Source: Octopus sinensis (lineage: Eukaryota). From it: 64,000 nt of DNA. Shown here in pieces: positions 1-13,669 of this stretch. The notes under the pieces were generated by a model. The model saw nothing but the letters and a program-made list of their open reading frames with translations, was not told the DNA's origin and searched no databases. Made by a program: the position numbers and the translations under genes. Within the stretch, counting starts at the first letter, position 1. Each line of letters starts with the position of its first letter. The stretch is from NCBI RefSeq assembly GCF_006345805.1, contig NC_043004.1, positions 106,578,001-106,642,000 of the forward strand, read 5' to 3'.

Positions 1-629
1 CTGATCTCCACTCTGAGCCTTTTTTTCTGCTTCTTTGCAGTTGGACCCCTGTTTATTCACCCTACCCCACTATCCCACCTCCAGCTGTCTTTAGAGCATC
101 CTCTCTTCTTCCTGCCTCACTCCCTGACTTATTACACAGGATGTTGGTTTCCTTAACGTGTTCCTTATCCATCCCCACTTGCACTTCTGGATCTGTTCTA
201 GCATCTGCCCCGCTTCAATTGCAGTTCTGTTTTTTTATTGTATACAGCCAGTTAATTTGACCGTTATTGATGAAGGTCAGTATGTATCTTTTGCTGAATC
301 AAACAGAATTATGGTATGAAGGCAATTGGCTGAACTGCTTACATTTCAGTGTATCGTATTTTATTACTGAAAATAATTTTTTACCAATTGGTTTTGGTGA
401 ACCAGAGTCAGAATGATAATTATTAATTAACCAGAAGGCATTGTTTTCAGTTTATATCTACACAACTTTCCCATATCTCTACACACAGTCATCTTTATAT
501 ATAGATGACATCAACATCTCACCATTCTTCAGGCAACACTGTGTCAAAGTAGCACTTATCAAATCCACTTTCTCCTTTTTTGCTAGTAAAACCACTTACT
601 CAATCATGCTTTTGCTTGATGGGGCCAGG

Positions 630-1270
630 GTCTTCCCAAGTTAATGATTCCAGAAGCATCATTGTGAGTAGAGCCGACCAGGTCTACCAGTGTCCTCCAA
701 TGCTGGTGGTCTGGTACCAGCTCCTCTGCATCCTCCAAGATGATGTTGAGTTTCTGGCAATCTTCCTTAATCACATCCAGCTATCTAATGTGGGGCCTGC
801 CTCAGCGCCTCTTCCAGCCCACAGCTGCTACATTGAACAAGAGTAAGGTCCTGGTAGGATAATCTGGAAGGAGGCAAAGGACATGTCTGTACCAGCACAT
901 GTGGTGGATGGATATGAGGACATAAAATACAACCAGCTCTCACACTCAACAACATAAACAGAAGACAAAAATATCTGGAGTTACATATAACTCTTCCAAA
1001 ATATTCATAACTCATTTTGAAGATACAGAAATGAAAGCAGAATGATGCGCAAACATACTGAGAGAAATCCCAGGTACCATATCCAATCACAGGTACCATA
1101 TCCAACCAAGTGAAAGAAACGACAACAGTGATGTATATGCAATACATTAGATCCATCATGGACAAGACCAGCCTGGCCTCGGTTACCAATCTCTTCACAA
1201 CGAACAATGAAAGACATCACGCTACACATCATAATAAGTTGTGCTCAGACCACCTTCTCAACAAAATGAA
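630..1270 (-). mobile_element. Degraded RTE-clade LINE, 3' part of ORF2
   Basis: Minus strand ~822-633 reads VGWKRR*GRPHIR*LDVIKEDCQKLNIILEDAEELVPDHQHWRTLV, matching the RTE ORF2 C-terminal pattern GxRxRGRPxxRWxDxIKED...DRxxWR. Premature stops present. The upstream limit is approximate. Confidence 0.6.
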
Positions 1271-1521
1271 AATATTAAATGAGAAAGATCTGTGAAGGAT
1301 ATATTATCATCAGGTGTACAAATTTTTACAGTATATATATATATATACCATAAAAATTTACACACCTGTGTAACTTACGCAGGTGATTTTCAGGATAAAA
1401 ATTGTTAAAAAAAAGCTTCTTCTTGTGTAAAATTTGCACCCAAAAGTTTTCGGAATTGCTGATATGGCTAGGGGAAAAAGGTTTTTAGTTTAGTTGTATT
1501 TAACATAATTTCACTTACTTA

Positions 1522-1920
1522 TACTCTTTACTCTTTTACATGTTTCAGTCATTTGACAGTAGCCATGCTAGAGCATCACCTTTAGTTGAGCAAATCAACC
1601 CCATGACTTATTCATTGTAAGCCTAGTACTTATTCTATTGGTCTCTTTTGCCAAACTGCTAAGTACCGGTACATAAACACAACAGCATCGGTTGTCAAGC
1701 GATGTTGGGGGGACAAACACAGACACACAAACATATACACACACATATACATATATACGACAGGCTTCTTTCAGTTTCCGTCTACCAAATTCACTCACAA
1801 GGCTTTGGTCAACCCGAGGCTATAGTAGAAGACACTTGCCCAAGTGCCACACAACGAGACCAAATTCGAAACCATGTGGTTCGTAAGCACGCTACTTACC
1901 ACACAGCCACTCTTACGCCT
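1522..1920 (-). mobile_element. tRNA-derived SINE, family A (abundant, with internal microsatellite)
   Basis: tRNA-like head (aggcgt..gtggctgtgtggtaag..ggtttcgaattt), conserved body, internal CA/TA tract and (aagagta)n tail. Many near-identical copies occur in the window. Confidence 0.8.
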
Positions 1921-3543
1921 GACTAGATTTTATTAAATTTCCATTAAACAAAAATAATTTCTGTTCAACAGTTCTCACATTGAATGCTATTAAATTACAA
2001 AGTATTTGTGGTGTTTATAATAAACTTTATTTTACATTTCTTGCCCACAAGAGATTATGTCTGATCTTTAGCATACTTCTGTATGTCTTCTCAAAATCAT
2101 GATCACAGAAGTCGATAATTCTTATCAACAAAACAGAACTGATAAATGCGCACAAGTGTTGAAAAATAAGTTTAATTACCAATAAACATCAGCTTGGATG
2201 ACACTTTACTCGACCGACAAAGAAAGGTGACCGATCAAACTGATTATGTAAACAGAATTCTGATTGGTCGAAAGTGCCTTCTTGTCTCAAGCTCTGATTT
2301 TCTGCCCATTCTTGTCAGAACCTTTGATACGGAGTATCGAAATTTTGATCTCTTTCACACTTATAAAATGTCAAGCAAACTTTAAAATTTGTCATTACTG
2401 TTTTAGCCAGGGGACCAAACTGATAGTTTGGTAACCCACCAAAATAAACATTAAAAATCGAAAGGAGAAAATAAACAGCTTCGCAAGTTTAACCCAGTGT
2501 TTATTGAATAAGAGAGGTGCGAAGTTTAAGAAGCGGCTTGTTAGAATGTACACGTCTGTGAAGAGACATAAACAAGAATAGCAAAAATCTACTATACCAA
2601 AAGAACTGGTAATACATACATTACAAGTGTTCTATGAAGAGAACATAAGATTGCTGCATAATTCAACATGAATGTGAAATGACATTAAACATCGTACAAG
2701 GTAAATGAAGGTTTCTATAGGAATGCTAAGTCATATTCACTTAGTAAGTTTACATGCACAAGGATGAATTATCATGTTGAGTCATCGTTAGGTGCAGTAA
2801 GAGCTGGTAGGGGTGATGTCAGCAGTGATGAATTTCGTTGTCCTAACGTGGAGAAAGTGAGCAATAGCTTCCTGGAGGCAAATGCAAGCTAGACTTCTTA
2901 AGCGGAGAAAAACTGATTTATTTAAGGAAATTGTTGGGCTCCATTGTGATGGGTAGAAAACTCCAAGCAATGTAAAATATGGCCCAGACTGTGATTGCCA
3001 TCATGAATGTCAAACTTCAAAAAATAGGTAACCATTTAATGGTTTTAGTAAATTTATACAGAAAAAGTAAGCTTTATACCGTCCAGCCTAAATAAAAGTC
3101 AACTTCATTATATTTTTTTCTGTGAAAATGTATTCTAAATGTGTCAACTTCCCATACAAATGTTACATTTGTATGTCATTCTTCAACAAAAAAAAGAAAT
3201 TCTAAAAAAATTCTGGAAACGATCTACTCATGTAATTTACATGCCCACTGAAGTTTATTTTTGTCTTTGCGAAAAAAGTGCATAAATTACATGGATTTTT
3301 ATGATATTTATAACAGAACAAATAGTGTGGGATTATCAATCCAGGCAAAATATTTCATAAGCTCTCTGTTGGCGCATCAGGCTAACAAGAGTACTTAGAT
3401 TAATGAAGAACTCAAATTAATCTTTTGGTAGGGTCCCACATTATGTTTCATCACAATTCTATATTGTAAATCTATGGATGGGCTCCAGATAAACTGGTTT
3501 TTCACACAGAATGGTAAGAAACGAGTTAGAAATAACAGTCATA

Positions 3544-3915
3544 CATATAATTCCTTTATCAGAGCAAATTTGGTTTCCAGCTCTTTCCAGTAGTCCTTAT
3601 AGGTACGTTTCTGATAGGTTTACTCAATTGGTCCATTGATCAATTAAGGCAAATTGAATGACCTAAAAGAATTACTGCTACGTTTGTCAGAGCCATTTCT
3701 GGATATAACAGAACACTTGAGGAATGGCCAATCATCAAGGGCTCTGCTTGTTATATCCAGAAATGGCTCTGACAAAAGTAGCATTAATTTCCCTAGGTCA
3801 TTCAATTTGCCTTAATTGATCAATAGACCAATTGAATAAACCTATCAGTAATGTACCTATAAGGATTACTGGAAACAACTGTAAGCCAAATTTGCTCTGA
3901 TAAAAGAATTATATG
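3544..3915. mobile_element. Palindromic MITE (Tc1/mariner-type), TA target duplication
   Basis: Arms of ~170 bp, catataattcctttatcagagcaaatttgg... / ...ccaaatttgctctgataaaagaattatatg, flanked by TA at 3542-43 and 3916-17, with a short loop near 3710-3745. Confidence 0.8.
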
Positions 3916-5519
3916 TATTGATCTTTATTTTTAATTTGTCTCTTATATATATATATATATATATAGATATAGATAGATATGTGTAGGTAGATAGATATAC
4001 ACATAGATACATACAAACATATTATTTAATATCTGTTTTCTTTGCTGGCAAAGGAAGGATGGTTTGACTGGATCCAGCCAGCTGCAGGGCTGCATTGAGC
4101 TCCAATGTCAGCTTTGGCATGGTTTCTACAACTGGATGCCCTTCTTAATACCAACCAATTTACAGAGCATACCGTGTGATCCGGCACTAGTGTGGTTGCT
4201 GAGTAAACTTGCAAGATAGAAAAAGTACCAGGGCGGGGGGGGAAAGAAAACTCCCACTACTTGCAAGGGGAGAGTGAAGGTAGGTGCCTTTATGCCAGGT
4301 TTTGAAAGGCTGAAGTATGATTAAGGGACAAGTACAAGAATCTTGTAGAGGAGATACATGGCTGAAGGAAATAAAGGAAGGTAGAAATGGGGTACAAGAG
4401 GGTGAGCTTAGGAGAGGATACAGGCAGTAGATGATAGAAAGGGATGAGAAAGAGGATACTTGTATAATAAAGTGAGGTGAGAGTAACAGATGGCTAGAGA
4501 TAGGGGTAGAGGTAATTATAGGGAGTGATAATGGTGGATGTGAGATTGAAAGGAAACACCAGTATGGAGAGGGTAAGGTGAGGGATAGAGGAATGGCTTA
4601 AGAATGGGAAGAGATGAGACAGTAGTGGGATGATGTGCAAGTTGTAGGAGCAGAAAGTGAGGGGATATATAGGTACACAGCCCGAAATTTTGGGGAGGGG
4701 GTGGGCAGTCGATTAGATCGACCCCAGTATATAACTGGTATGTAATTTATTAATCCCCAAAAGGATGAAAGGCAAAGTCAGCCTTGGTGGAATTTGAATT
4801 CAGAGCGTAAAGACACGATATACCGATAAGCATTTTGCCCTGCGTGCTAATGTTTCTGTCAGCTCACCACCTTAATATAGAGGTACATAAGTGGGGCATG
4901 ATGATAGATATGAGAGGACATTGAAAATAATAGCAGATGAAAGAAGTGTTAAGAATGGAGTAAAAATAGAGGAGAGGGAACAGTGGCTGAAGGGACAGCA
5001 AGGAGGTGATTGGTAGAAATAGAGTGGGCAGGGATGATAATGAGGAATGGAAATGGTTCCTGGGAGCAGGGTGGAGAGAGATGAGATAACTAGAAAGGAG
5101 GGGGTGTCATATGAGTGATTCTGCTCTCAGGTAATTACAGCAGCTGAGTAGTACCATAAGATAGGGGAGTGATAACTGTTAGGGGATGAGAATTGGAGGA
5201 AGTACTTGATAGGACTGAGAGAGAGGTAAGAAAAGGGATCAGTTGACTACCTCTGTGCTATAGGGCTTCTTGCTCAGGGCTAACTTTGGACAGTGCAACA
5301 ATAAATAGCAACAACACCAGTATGTCAGCAGTCAAATCCCCCCATAAATTCTACTATAATCTAAGAAGGGGATATAGATTGGATAGTACAGTGCTAGATA
5401 CACCATTTGAAAATAAAAATAGGATGGGCATATCTGGAGCACACTTGATTACAGGTTTTGCTTGATCAGACTGGGGCTGAACAATAACAACATTACTACC
5501 AGCACCACCATTATGGCAT

Positions 5520-5790
5520 CATAACCACTATCACCATGACCAGACCAACATCATCACCACGACCAACACCACCACCATCATTACTGCCAACCACCAACAC
5601 CACTACTACTATTATCATTATTACTATCATTACTACCACTCTATCGCTAACTTTCATTACCATGAAAACCCAACACCCATCTCTTACGCCCTCACCACAC
5701 AAACTTCAACTATCATCAATATCATTACAACCACCACCACCACCATCACCACCACCACCACCACCACCACCACCACCACCACCACTACTG
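5520..5790. repeat. Degenerate (CCA/CAT/TAC)n low-complexity tract
   Basis: Directly visible. It explains the poly-P/T and poly-V ORFs in the track. Confidence 0.9.
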
Positions 5791-6937
5791 TCACTATGAA
5801 ACAGGAAGGCTGGTGTTTACCCCACTCTCTACCAAATCAACAAGGACTGAAAGGAATGTCCAGTCCCCATCCACAGTATGTCAGATGACCTTTACTGAAA
5901 CTCTGTCTATCCCCCCCACACACACTCCTCTCCACCCTAATCCTACCCTTCCACAACCTGAGTCAATATATCTCTTCCAGTATATGTTAACTATTTCCTT
6001 ATTGTCCAATATCCTCACACATCACACATCTCCCCCCCCCACACACACACACACATTGATGGTTCCACATACTTTTCTTGGTCTCCTCTTAGAAGAATTG
6101 GCTTTATTTTAAGGGATTATAAGGACATAACCAAGCGCACATGCACACACACATACACACACACACACACACATGTCCACAGGCGCATAGAAATATATAC
6201 ACGCTTACATATACCTTGTCTACTCTCAGCATATACACATGTACATTCACAAATATTTATGCACATACATTTAATCTCATCTACACACACACACACACAC
6301 AGGTATTTAGTTTTTAAAAAACTGCATAAAAACAAAACAGTTACTGAATAAGGGACTCAAAATAAGTTTAGTGTCTCATCCTTATTATTATCATCATCAT
6401 CATTTAATGTCCTCTTTTCCTTGCTTGTATGGGTCTGATGGAATTTGTTGAAGCATATTCTCTACAGCAGGATGCACTTCTTGTCACCAACCTTCGCCTG
6501 TTTCCTAACAAAGTAACATTTTCCCATAGCCAGGCATTTTTCACGGAAAACTGGAAATGAACAACTTCACTTGTATGACAGTAATATTCATTCATTTTAC
6601 AACCATTATAGGATTTTCAAGACAAAGGTATACTCAAACACACGCACACATTCATATTTATTTATTTATTTATTTATGTATGTATGCATATATCTATTTA
6701 TATACATATATATGTGTGTGTGTGTGTGTGTGTATATTATTTAATAAACACAATATAAGGTTTTCATGTGCTACTATTAGTTTCATGTGATGAGAGCATG
6801 CCAGACAGTATTTTTTAACACATCTGGTGTCCTAGCACAATCTTCAGACACTGCCCACATGGCATAACAAACTAACAATATTTATCTCTCATCAGATGGA
6901 GTACTTTTTCTGTTGATCTAACCATTACAGAACAATA

Positions 6938-6984
<47 letters not shown>

Positions 6985-6987
<3 letters not shown>

Positions 6988-7847
6988 GGTGTCTCAAAAG
7001 TCACTGATGGATTTCAATTTTTAATAACTTACTTAACTTTACAAATAAATGCATGAAATTTTGATACAATATAAAGGACATAATGCAACACCAGATTTTG
7101 CAACACCACTACATCACATATGAAAAATGACATCGCTTAAACAGCAGCCATTTTCAGCTTTGCACACCGGTACTCTTTCCAAAACTTAAAGCATAACACC
7201 CTCAAGGGTTTCAGACCCAACTTCTTTGATTTCTCTATTGATGTTCTCCTTCAGGTGCACCAGGGTCTCTGATTTGTTGACGTAAACCCTCTCTTTCAGG
7301 TATTCCTACAAGAAAAAATCTGGTCTAGTCAAGTCTTGGGAATGTGAAGGCCAGATGACATTGCCGTAGCAGGAGATTATTCTCTCTCCAAAGCACTGCT
7401 GTAGCAACTTTATTGTTTCTCTTGTGGTATGAGCAGTTGCTCCATCTTGCTGGGACCATGGGTGAGGTCTACTTTAAATGGCTTTCATGTTCCCCAGACT
7501 TGACTAGCCTGGATTTTTTTCTTGCGAGGATGCCTGAAAGAGAGGGGTTACATCAACAAATCAGAGACCCAGGTGCAAGTGAAGGAGAACATAAATAAAG
7601 AAATCAAAGAAGTCGGGTCTGAAACTCTTGAAGGTGTTATGGTGCAAGTTCTGGGAAGAGCACGGGTGTGCGAAGCCGAAAATGGCAGTCATTTTTCATT
7701 TGTGATGTAGTGGTGCTGCATAATTTCACTTGTACATATTAATTTTCATTATGTCCTTTATATTGTATCAAACTTTCAAGCATTTATTTGTAAAGTTAAG
7801 GAAGTTATTAAAAATTGAAATCTATCAGTGACTTTTGGGACACCCTG
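6985..7847. mobile_element. Non-autonomous Tc1-like element made of two transposase 3' ends joined head-to-head
   Basis: TIRs cagggtgtctcaaaag / cttttgggacaccctg within (TA)n. The right arm (+) encodes WLSCSPDLTSLDFFL..LKE..INK and the left arm (-) encodes QQDGATAHT..WP.HSQDLT.PDFFL..YLKERVYVNK. Confidence 0.8.
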
Positions 7848-7855
7848 TATATATG

Positions 7856-7894
<39 letters not shown>

Positions 7895-7903
<9 letters not shown>

Positions 7904-8165
7904 CTGGCCTCCGTGCCGGTGGCACATAAAAAACACCATCCGAGCGTAGCCGTTCGCCAGCCTCGTCTGGCACCTGTGTCGGTGGCACATAAAAAGCACC
8001 CACTACACTCATGGAGTGGTTGGCGTTAGGAAGGCATCCAGCTGTAGAAACACTGCCCGATCTGACTGGCCTGGTGCAGCCTTCGGGCTTCCCAGACCCC
8101 AGTTGAACCGTCCAACCCATGCTAGCATGGAAAGCGGACGTTAAACGATGATGATGATGATGATG
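7895..8165 (+). repeat. RTE-type LINE/SINE 3' tail repeat ending in (GAT)n
   Basis: Motif tggcgttaggaaggcatccagctgtagaaac...gcatggaaagcggacgttaaacgatgatg. Related copies at ~4040-4200(-), 6390-6610(-), 11065-11400(-), 11752-12030(-) and 13490-13625(+). Confidence 0.7.
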
Positions 8166-8933
8166 ATATATATATATATAAGGGGCTTCTTCCAGTTCCT
8201 GTCTACCAAATCCACTTGCAAAACTTTGGTTGGAATTGAGCTGTAGTAGAAGACGACACTTGCTGAAGGTGCCATGCAGTGGAATTGAACCCAAGACAAA
8301 ATGGCTTGAAAGCAAGCTTCTTAACCACACAGCCATGCCTGTGCACTATCTGATGTTTTTAAAAATTTCATTGAGAGTGTCTTGGGAGTTTTACTGGTTG
8401 TTGAGTTCTGAGTTTATCCCTGACTTATCAACTTGTGTATCGTAGGCAAGACAATTGGGTACCATCGGACCCTACCCAGGATATTGATTATTCTCCATGG
8501 AACATAGGCTAGCCAGTCAGTTTTTGATGACTGTGTGTGTGTGTGTGGCAGCAGGCACTAAGCATTAGACACAAGGCCATATTTAGAGGAAGTTAGCAGT
8601 CCATTAGACCCCAATTATTAATCATGAAGGTATCCAAAATAATGCAACTAACCAAACAGTACTGTAGTAAGGATAGAACCGATGATTCTGTAATTTATAT
8701 CCTTGTGCTTTATTCCATCTTTTCAGTTCGTTTATATGTATGTACCTTCTGATGCAAGAGACATTTAAAATACAAGAATTGATAGTTTTTTGTCTTATAT
8801 ATATATATAATTTACAAGATAAGGGCGAAAGAAAAATTCTAATGCCAAATGTGCCGAAACAAAAATTGTCAATAACCGTTATAATTTATGTGTCTCGAAA
8901 CAAACCAATAGAAATTTCTAAAAAAATTCGTTA

Positions 8934-8993
8934 TTACCGTATTGGTCCAATTTCGGAGTTAATTCATAAGAATTTTCTTCTCTTCAGCGGCAA
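8934..8993 (-). ncRNA. Type I hammerhead ribozyme motif
   Basis: Minus strand: ttgccg-CUGAAGA-gaag..ctcc-GAAA-ttggaccaa-UA-cggtaa. Stem I is 6 bp, stem III is palindromic AUUGG/CCAAU, and stem II has one mismatch. Confidence 0.75.
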
Positions 8994-9395
8994 ATACGCG
9001 AGATATAAATGAAATACTTACTCATACCCATGGAAAAAGCAAACACCAAGTCCTGAGCAGACCTAAGTACCCCAAATATATCCAAAATAGAAAATCTTCG
9101 GCACATCTCGAGACACGTGTGATTCGAACTAGAAACTTTCACAGATTGAGAGAATCCAGAAGTGAACACTATTCAATTTATAATTAATGTAGGATAAAAT
9201 TTTTTTCGGGAAAAAAATTTCATCAATGGCCAGCATATCAAAAAATACCTTTAAAGGTTAAATTTATAAATCATGTCTCAAGATGTGCCGAAGATTTTCT
9301 ATTTTGGATATATTTGGGGTACTTAGGTCTGCTCAGGACTTAGTGCTTGCTTTTTCCATGGGTATGAGTAAGTATTTCACTTATATCTCGCGTAT

Positions 9396-9455
9396 TTGCC
9401 GCTGAAGAGGAGAAAATTCTTATGAATTAACTCCGTAATTGGACCAATACGGTAA
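9396..9455 (+). ncRNA. Type I hammerhead ribozyme motif, inverted sister copy with A13U lesion
   Basis: ttgccg-CUGAAGA-ggag..ctcc-GUAA-ttggaccaa-UA-cggtaa. Stem II is perfect but GAAA has become GUAA. Confidence 0.65.
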
Positions 9456-9664
9456 TAACGAATTTTTTAGAAATTTCTATTGGTTTGTTTCGAGACACAT
9501 AAATTATAATGGTTATTGAAAATTTTTGTTTCGGCACATTTGGCATTAGAATTTTTCTTTCGCTCTTATCTTGTAAATTATTTATAAATTTAACCTTTAA
9601 AGGTATTTTTTGATATGCTGGCCATTGATGAAATTTTTTTCCCGAAAAAAAATTTTATCCTACA

Positions 9665-9705
<41 letters not shown>

Positions 9706-11705
9706 AGACTATCTGTGACCCATTGGGTTACTGGGAAAGTCTGAGTTTTGTTTTGTGGGTTTTTTTTCTTTTCCGGGTTATTTTACATGCTTTCAACAAA
9801 TGTGACATCAAAATCACACGTAAATGGCTCCTTTCCCCAGAAAAGGAAAGATTTGGCTGCTATTTCTTGCACACCTTACTATCATGTAACAGGTATTTCA
9901 GGTCCTTTATCGTAAATGGCTGTTATGCGATAGCAGGGCGTGCTAGAAATAGCAGCCAAATCTTTGGAGGTGAGATACATTGAATGCACTCGAAAAAAAA
10001 CTATGGAAATTTTTATTTAACACCGAGGTTATAAACGCATCTTTTACAAAATATTTACCATGTTTTTAAAGTCATTTTCACTTCAGAATATTTTTTAGGT
10101 ATGCCAAAATAATTTTTGTGATGATATTCACTTGAAAATAATTTAAAAAACGTTAAAATATTGTCAGTTTAAAGAAAGCTAAAATATAAATACTTACTGT
10201 ACAAACAACTTACATTTTTGAAATCACATTCACTTAGAAATATTTCTAAATTATTAAAATATTGTGTTTAATGAAAGTGAAAATAGAAACCTTTACTATA
10301 AAAAACAAATTGTATTTTTCGTTGTCACATCAGTGTATCTAATCGAAAGATAAGAGTACTTCCCTTTCAGGGTTAAGTTATTTTTGGAATATTTTCCCAT
10401 TATGCACCATTTTGGATATTTATATCCCAAAGAACCCCTACATTTCAAGGGCAACTTAATTCATAGTATTTTCCCATTATGCACCAGTTTGGCTGAGTAA
10501 CATTGCAAGCAAGCAAGATTCAAGCTCACTTTTAATGTATTATAGATATATCATAATCTATAGAGACTGATAGAATAAGTAACAGGCTCATAAAAATATA
10601 TACTGGGGTCAATTCATTCAACGAAAATTCCTTCAAGGTAAGTGCCCCAGTATGGCCTCGGTCTAATGTAAAGAAAAAAAGATGAAAAATATATATGTAT
10701 ATGCATATATATCTGAACCTCTCAGACGAGATAACAAAAGACCGATATACCTGGTGCCTAGTTGTACTCATAAAGACCCCTCCTCCAAAGCAGAAGCATT
10801 AAGGTCACTTCCCTGGTGTAGAGGATTGGCCTGCAACAGTCGTGTGCCAGTGCAACTAAGAAACTCCATGCATTGCTGCTGTTTGATTTACCAATCACTC
10901 ACAGAGTGTCTTTTCTCGTGGCACCAGCAGTTGAGGGGTCATCTTGTAGCTTACAAGGTGAAAAATTAGAAGTTAGAGTATGAGGGAAGAAATGGGTCGT
11001 GTGTGCATGTGTAGTGCGTGTGTGATATACTGCACTAAGTATGTGTGTGTGTGTGTGTGCATCATCATCCTTTAACATCTGTTTTCCATGCTGGGATGGC
11101 TTGGACTGTTAGACCAGAGCTGGCAAGCTGGAGAGCTGCACCAAGTTCCAGTCAGATTTGGCTTGATTTCTTTGACTAGATGCCCTTCCTAATGCCAACC
11201 ACTTTACAGCATGAGCTGGGTGCTTTTAATGTGGCACCATACAAATGCTTCTACATGGCACCGGCATGAGTACTTTTTAAATGGTACTGGCGCATGACTC
11301 TTGCTCATCAGTCCTCTTCACAGGGAGAGTGGCCTTAACACTCCTGCTGTGAAGGATGGATCCTTTTGAGTACAAGGCGCCAGGTATCTTGGTCCTTTGT
11401 CATCCTCATCTGGGAGGTTCAGATATACATGTATATCTTTTCCCTTCTTTTTTTATTTGTTTCTGTCATTAGACTGAGGCCAGGCTGGGGCACTACCTAG
11501 AAGAATTTTCAGTCGAATGAATTGACCCCTGAACTTATTTTTCTGAGCCTGGCACTTATTCTATCAGTCTCTTGTGCTGAACCACCAAGTTATAGGATAT
11601 ATATGTGTGTGTGTATGTGTGTGTGCGTGTATGTGTGTGTGGGTGCGCGTGTCTGTATGTGTGTGTATATGTGTGTGTATGTATATATGTTTGTGTCTGT
11701 GTGTA

Positions 11706-11739
<34 letters not shown>

Positions 11740-12052
11740 CATATATTCATTTCATCATCATCGTTTAACGTCTGCTTTCCATGGTAGCATGGGTTGGACG
11801 ATTTGACTGAGGTCTGGTGAACCAGATGGCTGCACCAGGCTCCAATCTTGATCTGGCAGAGTTTCTACAGCTGGATGCCCTTCCTAAAACCAACCACTCT
11901 GAGAGTGTAGTGGGTGCTTTTATGTGCCACTGGCACGAGGACCAGTCAGGCGGTACTGGCAACAGCCATGCTCAAATGGTGTTTTTTACGTGGCACCTGC
12001 ACAGGAGCCAGTCCAGCGGCACTGGCATATATATTTACTCATTAGTATATTA

Positions 12053-12147
<95 letters not shown>

Positions 12148-12732
12148 CCACATACATTCACCAATGATTGTGTAGTGGGAGGAGAGAAAAGTGCAAAGCT
12201 TTTTAAATGCTTTACTCCCACGCACTACAGACTCGAGTGGGTATGAATTTTATCAGCACACATGTTCACACACAGATAAATACAAACACACAGAAAGCCA
12301 CCAACAGACAAACATATACAGTTCGTGTATACACACACAGGGTTAAATATGACAAACACCCACAACTATCAATAAGATAAATACACATTAACAAACATAG
12401 CTGTATATGTAATAAATACATATGTGCAGAGACAGGAACAAATAGATATACATACACACACATGTATACACACAGATGAATACTGATATATGTATACACA
12501 GATATTCACTTAAGTTAATATACACAGGACTAGCATATATACATGCATATATAGATTAAGATAGTACATACATTCACACATAAACATACACACGCACAAA
12601 TTAACCGACACACATGTAAGAGTATAAATGTGTACATATTCAGGCGTACGCAACTATAGTCATGTACATATTAAAATGAAGCAATACATATAAGTACACA
12701 TTTACATGAGAACATTGTCACAGACACAAACA

Positions 12733-12784
<52 letters not shown>

Positions 12785-12847
12785 ACATATGTAATTGTTA
12801 TAGAGGACAACAAACTTTAAGGCAAGACAAACAGCTCATGTTATATA

Positions 12848-12878
<31 letters not shown>

Positions 12879-13292
12879 GGAAATTGGAGCAAACTCTTTG
12901 ATGATAAAAAATACACTTAACTATAATGATGCGTTATCTGATGAGATATTATGGTCCTATTACATATAAGAAAGTGTATGGAGGACAAGGTGATGGAATG
13001 AGCGGGGGAGGGAGGGGCGGAGAGATAGAGGGAGAGAGAAAGAGAGAGAGAGAGAGCAGTGTGTCTGTTGGATAAGTGCTTTTGAAGATGCTTGTTGTAC
13101 AGAGACAAGGTGAAAAGAGAGACTATGAGACAGATTAGGCAAACATAGTGTTAGCTGGTTAAGCAGGTGAATGCTTGATGGAATGATAGGCAGATGAATA
13201 TGATAGATAGACTGGCAGACATAGAGACAGTGGTATGGAGAGACTAACGAACAGAGAGACAAGAATATAAGACAGACTAACAGACAAATGAA

Positions 13293-13485
13293 ATGGAGGT
13301 GCATGGCTTAGTGATTCAGGTGTTGGACTCATTATCGCAAGATTGTGGTTTCAGTTCCTGGACTGGAGGATATATTGTGTTCTTGAGCAAGACACTTTGT
13401 TTCACATTGCTCCAGTCCACTCAGCTGGTAAAAATGAGTAATCCTGTAACAGACTGGTGTCCCATCCAAGGAGGAATATATATAT
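13293..13485 (+). mobile_element. tRNA-derived SINE with Nin/Deu-like central domain
   Basis: A/B-box-like head, then cttgagcaagacacttt...tgctccagtccactcagctgg..aatgagta..gactggtgtcccatccaagg. Related copies at ~14945-15125(+) and 40430-40855(-). The domain name is from memory. Confidence 0.55.
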
Positions 13486-13623
13486 ATATCTTTTGGAGTT
13501 AGGAAGGGCATCCAGCTGCAGATCAAATTGGAGCCTTGCGCAACCGTCTGGTTCGCCAGTCCTCAGTCAAATCGTCCAACCCATGCTAGCATGGAAAGCG
13601 GATGTTAACGATGATGATGATGA

Positions 13624-13663
<40 letters not shown>

Positions 13664-13669
<6 letters not shown>

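Larger units (their letters stand above)
8808..9674. mobile_element. Retrozyme-like / Penelope-associated insertion: 463-bp circularly permuted unit, one forward plus one inverted copy, between (TA)n tracts
   Basis: Order is A(8808-9117) S B(9180-9270) A'(9272-9580) B'(9581-9674). A-S-B is contiguous in one copy and B-A in the other. Each copy carries an HHR motif. Confidence 0.7.

Noticed and set aside
2950-3030. Minus-strand hydrophobic peptide LTFMMAITVWAIFYIAWSFLPITM as a possible exon
   Set aside because: Weak splice acceptor, no recognisable homology and no partner exon.
12938-12980. CTGATGA...GAAA hammerhead candidate
   Set aside because: No credible stems I-III.
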